From an uncultured candidate division WWE3 bacterium (GTDB lineage Bacteria > Patescibacteriota > WWE3 > UBA101185 > UBA10185): a stretch of 64,000 bases of DNA. The notes under the pieces are model-generated. The model was not told the DNA's origin. It saw only the letters and a list, made by a program, of their open reading frames with translations, and did no database searches. Every line of letters begins with the position of its first letter. Position 1 is the stretch's first letter. Of the stretch, positions 58,032 through 64,000 are shown piece after piece. Location: assembly GCA_963765125.1 (NCBI GenBank), contig CAVXUZ010000005.1, positions 97,596 to 161,595 on the forward strand, given 5' to 3'. Made by a program: the position numbers and the translations under genes.

Positions 58032-59792
58032 TTACTGGTTAAAATCCGGGACTTCGATCAAATCGCCGATTTTCGCTGGAATTACATAGTCTGTGTACCA
58101 TTGGTTAATTTTACCAAGGACGCCAGTATTCCAATCGTACCAATTATCGGGCATCGGAGCTTTTCCGGCTTTAACGAGGAACGTAGCGTACGACCACTGA
58201 TCAGTGCCGGGCATTTTCATAATATTGAATTTGCCATCTTTGATCTTAGTCATCGCAAAGCTTAGTGACAGCGAGCAGGGCTCATACTGATAAAATTCAT
58301 CAGGAGCAAGTATCTTGCCGTCAATTACCGGGTAGAGTCTATCGTTGAAGCTCATAAGATTAGGTTGCAGGACACCCTGATTGTCTTTTACAAGACGAGG
58401 CATTCCAACCTCATACATTAAGAGCTGCCAAACGTTTTCATCACCGGCTTCGGTATTTGTTTCAGCTTTGAAGAAAGGACCGTCTGGTGCTCCATCATGG
58501 ATACCTTCAAGACCTTTTTCACCTTCAGCCCAGGCTACTACCCACCACTCTGACTTAGTGCATACCTTTTCGGCTATGCAGTCATTTATTACCCTTGCAA
58601 CTGCAGGTTTGACATCTTCGGTTCCATACAGATTGGGACCTAAGCAGTCAACACCGGAACCGCGTGTATTTTCATACTGACAGACCGGGCATGGGTAAAC
58701 GGGGCATACTGGTTTCCAGTTATCGCCTGTTTCACAAGATACTGCAACTACATGCAAAACGCCGGATCCTTTATAACCTTTTTCAGTATCCCAAGGGAAG
58801 TCATACGCTCCCGGGGCGACAATAAACGAAGTTGTTTCGTTAATCGTACCGCCAGGGGTACCGTACATAATGACGCCCTCTGGTAAGATCAAAGTTAACC
58901 TTATACCTACCGATCCATCTTCTTGGATTACACATTCTAACTTGTAGTCAGGTTCACCTTCGATGTCTGCTGGACAAGCTCCGGGATTAATATCTGGCGC
59001 ATTTTCATCAGGCCATACCCAGATTGTCTCGTCGTTTACGCAGTAGGGTGTTGCATTCTCAGTCTTTATCTCTGTCCTTGTCCCACAGGGATTACCGTCA
59101 GGATCAGCCAGATTGATCACCCTTGTAAAGGTTCTGGTATGTCCGCCATTTGAATAGACCGGATCACCCCAATCTGGTAGCGGAAGTACATCACCAAACA
59201 CCTGACAAGCTGCGCACGGTCCTTCTACAGCACCTGCAGGAACTTCGCCAGGGAAATACCATTCAGTTTTATTGTTATAACAAAACTCTTTGGCTTTCTG
59301 CTCTTCGGTTTCAGTTCTTATTCCACAGCTTTTTTGAGGCCAATCGGCGTCAAATGTTGGTGTGGAGATCGTTCTTGTCCGGGTGTGGCCGTCGGGGCTG
59401 TATACCCAGAGAGAAACAATTGGTGTTCCGTCAATTTTATTGGCACAGTCTGTACAGTAGGCTGGTCTTGATATTTCCCAGTTTTTGTACTCGGTGAATG
59501 TGCCATTTCCGGTTACCCTTTTCCAGATAAACGCGAGTGTTCCCGACGCTTTACCGCTGGCGTTGTACGCTTTGCATTCTCCGTCGCCTGTAACATCGTG
59601 GAGGTAGTACCAATGACTACCACTTTGATAACGTGTACCAATTGCGATTGTTGATTCAGCAGCTGCACACTTACAGTTATTTTCACCCTCTTTCCATCCA
59701 ATTGGCCAGGCAAAAACTGCCACAACCGTAACCAGGGAAAGAGCAACAGCAATCACTAGTGCAAAAGGTATTTTCTTGAATATTGTTTTCAT
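58032..59792 (-). CDS. Large secreted Cys-rich hypothetical protein
   Basis: Signal peptide; 586 aa with about 30 Cys. Confidence 0.5.
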   Translation of the reverse strand: MKTIFKKIPFALVIAVALSLVTVVAVFAWPIGWKEGENNCKCAAAESTIAIGTRYQSGSHWYYLHDVTGDGECKAYNASGKASGTLAFIWKRVTGNGTFTEYKNWEISRPAYCTDCANKIDGTPIVSLWVYSPDGHTRTRTISTPTFDADWPQKSCGIRTETEEQKAKEFCYNNKTEWYFPGEVPAGAVEGPCAACQVFGDVLPLPDWGDPVYSNGGHTRTFTRVINLADPDGNPCGTRTEIKTENATPYCVNDETIWVWPDENAPDINPGACPADIEGEPDYKLECVIQEDGSVGIRLTLILPEGVIMYGTPGGTINETTSFIVAPGAYDFPWDTEKGYKGSGVLHVVAVSCETGDNWKPVCPVYPCPVCQYENTRGSGVDCLGPNLYGTEDVKPAVARVINDCIAEKVCTKSEWWVVAWAEGEKGLEGIHDGAPDGPFFKAETNTEAGDENVWQLLMYEVGMPRLVKDNQGVLQPNLMSFNDRLYPVIDGKILAPDEFYQYEPCSLSLSFAMTKIKDGKFNIMKMPGTDQWSYATFLVKAGKAPMPDNWYDWNTGVLGKINQWYTDYVIPAKIGDLIEVPDFNQ

Positions 59793-60007
59793 TTTTTCTC
59801 CTTTTTAAAGACTTCGTTAATGAAAAAATTCTTGAAATATCTTGTTACAATGCCCTCTCTTTCTTTGTTGTTTATTTCAGGCCGTATTGCATGAGCTGTC
59901 TTTTAAAGACTAAGCTCTAACCTTCTTTTATAAATGTTCATGGATTTTTGTTTCCACGGCGGAATTATAACAAATATATAAAACAATGCAAATTGCTATA
60001 GGTAATG

Positions 60008-60703
60008 TTAGTTTGAGCAGTCTGTGAGCATTTCTTCTGGAAAATCGTAAGATGAGAGCGCGCAGGGTATTTGACCGTTGCCATCGTGTACAATTTGCCA
60101 TGGTCCATTAATGCTGGTTGCTAGAAATATACCGCCTGATTCCCCAATTCCAAAAGAAACACTGCCCCTTGCGTGGGTATCAGTTTCTTGATCGATTTTT
60201 ATTGTTAGTGAATTTTCATATTTTGGGTATTTCTCAATAAACGCGTCTGTTATCTCGTTTTTAATATTCTTTGGTGCTATTAAGCCTGTGCATCTCCAGT
60301 TAATTTCAGTTGTTTTAGTTTCTTCCCAAACTACACATGCTGGATGACAGCCTTCTTTTGTTGCATTTAAATTAGCATCAAACCACCACGTTTTTGTAAA
60401 TGAGTTATACATACCATCTGACAATGATTCGCCGCCTTTAATACACTGCGCCTCAGCAATAGCTTTTGCTTCTTCTTCACTAATTAGTGATGGATCATTG
60501 GTAGGTGTTTCATCAGTAATTTCTGGGCATGGTGAAAATTCACAATCTGGTCCAACTCTACCAACAGATGTTCCATCAGGACATATTTTAGCTTCTGCTG
60601 TGCAGGCGACTGGTTTTGTAGTATTAGATTTATAAATATACACAGCGCCGACTACCAAGAGAACAATTAGAGCAGAAAAAATGAACGTGAATATGTTTTT
60701 CAT
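60008..60703 (-). CDS. Secreted Cys-containing hypothetical protein
   Basis: 231 aa with signal peptide/TM. Confidence 0.45.
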   Translation of the reverse strand: MKNIFTFIFSALIVLLVVGAVYIYKSNTTKPVACTAEAKICPDGTSVGRVGPDCEFSPCPEITDETPTNDPSLISEEEAKAIAEAQCIKGGESLSDGMYNSFTKTWWFDANLNATKEGCHPACVVWEETKTTEINWRCTGLIAPKNIKNEITDAFIEKYPKYENSLTIKIDQETDTHARGSVSFGIGESGGIFLATSINGPWQIVHDGNGQIPCALSSYDFPEEMLTDCSN

Positions 60704-60721
60704 ATACTAATTATAATCCCT

Positions 60722-61174
60722 TTAGAAAAATCTTACAGGAATAATGAGGCTGTCATTAAGTTCTTTTATGTCTGATGGATTAGATTTTTGTAGCTCAAGT
60801 GTTCCATCTTTTGCGTATGGCTCAGGAAATTCTATTGTAACTTCAAAATCTATAAACTCATCTGTCATCCATTCTTTATCGGTAGAAACATAAGTTTCAA
60901 CAAATTCATCTTGGACGCCGTAGTAAAGAACAATTGGAAAATTTGCCTCGAACCACCAACCGCCCCTAGCTTTGCCCTTAACAACGAGCGGACTCGTAAC
61001 AATATCGTTTGGTTGTGGGTAGTCTACAATGATATTTACTTTTTCTGCTACTTTCTCTTGCGGGGTAACATTTACCTGCCCATCACCAAACCTAATACTT
61101 TTATAGTTGAGAATTAGATAAACAATACAAAAACCAACAAATGCAGCGAGAAAAAAGTTGAATATCTTTGACAT
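60722..61174 (-). CDS. Hypothetical protein with N-terminal TM anchor
   Basis: 150-aa ORF. Confidence 0.4.
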   Translation of the reverse strand: MSKIFNFFLAAFVGFCIVYLILNYKSIRFGDGQVNVTPQEKVAEKVNIIVDYPQPNDIVTSPLVVKGKARGGWWFEANFPIVLYYGVQDEFVETYVSTDKEWMTDEFIDFEVTIEFPEPYAKDGTLELQKSNPSDIKELNDSLIIPVRFF

Positions 61175-61205
61175 ATATAAAGTATATCACTAGAAAATAT
61201 GCTAT

Positions 61206-62969
61206 TTAAACAACGCGAAGATTTTTGAAATGAGGAACTGCGCTAAGTTTTTGCTTGAGCTTCTGTTCACTTGATGATTTTATGTTTTCTGCGACAACTC
61301 TTAAATAGAATTGCTCACCTTTCTTACCTCTATTAAAGGTTATCTTTACAATGTTTCCTCCGTATTTCGCAATATTATCAGTTACTATTTTTAGTAAGCC
61401 AGGTTTATCGTTTCCTGTAATTTCTATTGTTGTCCATTTCAATTTGTCTTTTATAAGGCCAATGTCATCTAAGATCGCCTCAAATTTAAAAATGTTTAAA
61501 TAACCTTTTGCTGCTTTGTAATAAATATTTTCTACATTTTCACAACCTAATTCATGCACAATTTTGTTTACGTCGGTATCAATATCTCGAAGATCTAAAA
61601 TGCCACGTTTTATTAGAATTTCTTCTAACAGTAATTTACCATTTGTAATTACTTTGATTTTTTCATCACCAATAATTTTCCTTTCGATTAATAGTTTAGT
61701 TTCTGGTAAACAAACTTTCATTAGCATCTTATCAGAATTTGTTTGCCTTTCGCCCGTAATAATTCTTACTACATCTGTGTTAGAAAGATTAGTTGTTAGT
61801 GCACCTTGCTTTCCGTTAATGATTGCTCCCACAGCGGTATCGCCAAGCCCGGTACTTAGATAGTATGCAAAATCAATTGCTTTAGCTTTTTGTGGCAAAA
61901 ACATTAAATCCTTTTCAGGTGTAAAAACGAGCTTAAGTTTGTATTGGCTGCCATTATTTTTGAGAAGAGTGTCGAGGTAGCCATAATTGTTAAATGATTC
62001 CATTGAGGCTGTTACTACCGCAATCTCGATAGCCCCATGCGTGGTGTTTACAGTAGTTTGAAGGGCTTGATACCCATTTAGCCTTTTATTTGAGCCTATA
62101 AACTCATCGTATCTTTCGTAATCTATGAGATGTTCAAATTCGTTGTGCAGTTTGTAAATTGATTTATAGCAATCTTCCTCCGTATTAACTATTACGCGGT
62201 AGCTAATAATGTCGTTCAAATTTTTAAAACTTCCATGAGACGTTATGCCTTTTAAAGATGATATTTTTAACTTTTGATACGCATGGAAGTAACCACTTGT
62301 AATAATGTTCACTTTTGCTTTAGGTAATGCCTTGCTTATTCTTTTACAAATTAATGCCTTTTCATTTTTTGATAATCTTTTATCGCTATCGATTGCTTTT
62401 TTAACTTGTGCGAACTTTTCGTAGTTTAGATATTTAAATGAAAGATCCTCAATTTCTGTTTTTACTATCCAAAGACCTAGTGACTCGGCTAGCTTTGCAT
62501 ATACTTCGAGGCTTTCCCTCGCTTTACGAATTTGCTTTTCTTTTGGTAAAAACTCAAGTGTTCTTAAATTATGTAGTCTATCTGCAAGTTTCAAAATTGA
62601 TACGCGTTGGTCTAGATATGTGCCTTTTAACAATTTTCTAAGAGTGTTTAAATCAGAAACATCCTTTTTTTCAAGTTTAAATTTTGTAACGCTTTCTACT
62701 AGAAATGCTACATTATTTCCAAAGCGTTTATTTATGGTTGATGATTTTATTGCGCAGTCCTCTATAACATCATGAAGTAGCGCAGAAATAAGCAAGTTCT
62801 CATCTCGAACACCCCAGGATTTTAAAATGTTAAATACCTCAATGCAGTGATTAATGTAGGGCTCGCCTGATTTTCTAAACTGCCCTTTATGATTTTCAGA
62901 CGCAAAAAAATATGCATCTAAAACATTTTTAGTTGGGCATAGTTTTTTTATTTCTTCTGGAATAACCAT
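61206..62969 (-). CDS. rel: Bifunctional (p)ppGpp synthetase/hydrolase (RelA/SpoT homolog)
   Basis: HD hydrolase motif LLHDVIEDC, RelA/SpoT synthetase region, C-terminal TGS/ACT-like regions; 587 aa. Confidence 0.85.
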   Translation of the reverse strand: MVIPEEIKKLCPTKNVLDAYFFASENHKGQFRKSGEPYINHCIEVFNILKSWGVRDENLLISALLHDVIEDCAIKSSTINKRFGNNVAFLVESVTKFKLEKKDVSDLNTLRKLLKGTYLDQRVSILKLADRLHNLRTLEFLPKEKQIRKARESLEVYAKLAESLGLWIVKTEIEDLSFKYLNYEKFAQVKKAIDSDKRLSKNEKALICKRISKALPKAKVNIITSGYFHAYQKLKISSLKGITSHGSFKNLNDIISYRVIVNTEEDCYKSIYKLHNEFEHLIDYERYDEFIGSNKRLNGYQALQTTVNTTHGAIEIAVVTASMESFNNYGYLDTLLKNNGSQYKLKLVFTPEKDLMFLPQKAKAIDFAYYLSTGLGDTAVGAIINGKQGALTTNLSNTDVVRIITGERQTNSDKMLMKVCLPETKLLIERKIIGDEKIKVITNGKLLLEEILIKRGILDLRDIDTDVNKIVHELGCENVENIYYKAAKGYLNIFKFEAILDDIGLIKDKLKWTTIEITGNDKPGLLKIVTDNIAKYGGNIVKITFNRGKKGEQFYLRVVAENIKSSSEQKLKQKLSAVPHFKNLRVV

Positions 62970-63070
62970 AGCTCAGATTCATGTAATAGTATTACCTGAG
63001 CAAGATATTTGCAAATGTTGTTGTTAAAACCTTTGCTTATTCAATATTTAAGTCGCCAACGTAGAAGTTT

Positions 63071-63446
63071 TCAAGAGCCGGTACGTGCTTTATCTGAATG
63101 TGATGTTCCGCTTCCCATAGGTCTTGTATTAAAAAGCTTTGTTGCGTCGATTCCGCAACCTTCGTACACCGCCTCTTTACCAGGGTGTTTAGTTCCAAAA
63201 TTTGATGCGTCGTATATTTTACTATCTATAATTAGCCAGCAGTCTTCTGGAGACGAATGGTTCTGCTACGTCATCAAGCGTGTACTTTACGACTGGTTTT
63301 ACTTCTTGTGCTGTGGATTGTTTTGTTTCTTGAGGTACTACTACTGCGGTGTCAGTTTGTACTTGTTTAGATTGTTTTGTAAAAAATAGAAAACCTACGA
63401 TAGCCAAAAAAATAATTAGAATAGGAATTAGTTGTTTTTTGTTCAT
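63071..63446 (-). CDS. Membrane-anchored cytochrome b5-like heme-binding protein, +1 frameshift near 63250
   Basis: ORF 63222-63446 (N-terminal TM, ...KYTLDDVAE) continues in the +1 frame as HSSPEDCWLIIDSKIYDASNFGTKHPGKEAVYEGCGIDATKLF (cyt-b5 HPGG signature). Confidence 0.55.
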
Positions 63447-63535
63447 ATACCCATTTTAACAGACTTCGGAGTAACATTTCTGCTACAACGGCATCTTAAA
63501 AATGCTTAATCAAATGCTGTAGATTTACGCCCGTA

Positions 63536-63952
63536 TTATTTTATTGGTAATGACTCGCAGGCAACCCCATCTTTATCGCCGTCTAAGCGGTAAAGATCAT
63601 TGCTTACTCTCTCAAAAAATGATTGAGCTTTTGGTTGGGTTGTAAAATCATCGCAATTATAGTCACTTGCTCTCTTACCCTTGCTGAAGTCGGTCGTAAT
63701 ATTTCCGTCGATGTCAAAAAGAACATTGCCGGACGCATCACGAGAAACCTTTGATTCTTCAAAAGATCTTGTTTCCAGAAGCTTTCCTAAATCAAAATCA
63801 TTTTGAGAAATCTCAAGGCCCAACGCTGCAGCTAGGGCGAGAAATGCAATTATGAGTGCTATTCTTGCTTTTTCCCAAAAAATAAATAATACGGCGACAA
63901 TAGCCATAAGTACGATGATTAGCCCTAATCGGACATTTTTGCTTCCTCGCAC
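63536..63952 (-). CDS. Excalibur-domain (Ca-binding) secreted protein
   Basis: C-terminal [10 protein letters not shown] matches the Excalibur DxDxDGxxCE motif. Confidence 0.7.
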   Translation of the reverse strand: MRGSKNVRLGLIIVLMAIVAVLFIFWEKARIALIIAFLALAAALGLEISQNDFDLGKLLETRSFEESKVSRDASGNVLFDIDGNITTDFSKGKRASDYNCDDFTTQPKAQSFFERVSNDLYRLDGDKDGVACESLPIK

Positions 63953-64000
63953 TTTATTGAATGAAGTACCTTTTTTCTTTGGCGCTTCAGTTTCTGATGG

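Overview
This 64-kb window looks like a low-GC, small-gene bacterial genome, probably from the candidate phyla radiation (Patescibacteria); that placement is inference. Supporting it: all six tRNAs encode their CCA end, and many genes are short secreted or membrane hypotheticals. Core genes are present and recognisable: the pheT-pheS-rplT-rpmI-infC-thrS operon, truB, clpP-tig, pgk, trxB, sodA, a Rel/SpoT (p)ppGpp enzyme, a MacB-like ABC pair, a RecD-like helicase and an M16 peptidase. The accessory content falls in three places. (a) From about 21.7 to 30.3 kb there is an island with a degenerate retron-type reverse transcriptase downstream of a palindrome-dense non-coding stretch, an APH-like kinase, a papain-like peptidase and tRNA-Pro with a scar copy of its own 3' end. 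(b) From about 31.9 to 41.6 kb, centred on tRNA-Leu(UAA), tRNA-Arg(TCT) and tRNA-Trp, there is an integration hotspot littered with partial duplicates of tRNA 3' ends, a conserved ~110-150-nt non-coding 'core' element and a ~67-nt tRNA-trailer repeat family. This hotspot contains two separate radical-SAM/SPASM genes, each coupled to a small Cys-rich precursor-like peptide and an HExxH metalloprotein. That arrangement reads as a RiPP-like system and is the most interesting candidate in the window. (c) Several terminators and a Lys-rich/acidic small-protein pair. A recurring technical observation: at least six genes (pheT, pgk, trxB, the RT twice, a cyt-b5-like gene and an upstream small ORF) are interrupted by +1 frameshifts that look like single-base insertions. 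This may be systematic sequence error rather than biology. No CRISPR array, integrase or transposase gene was seen.
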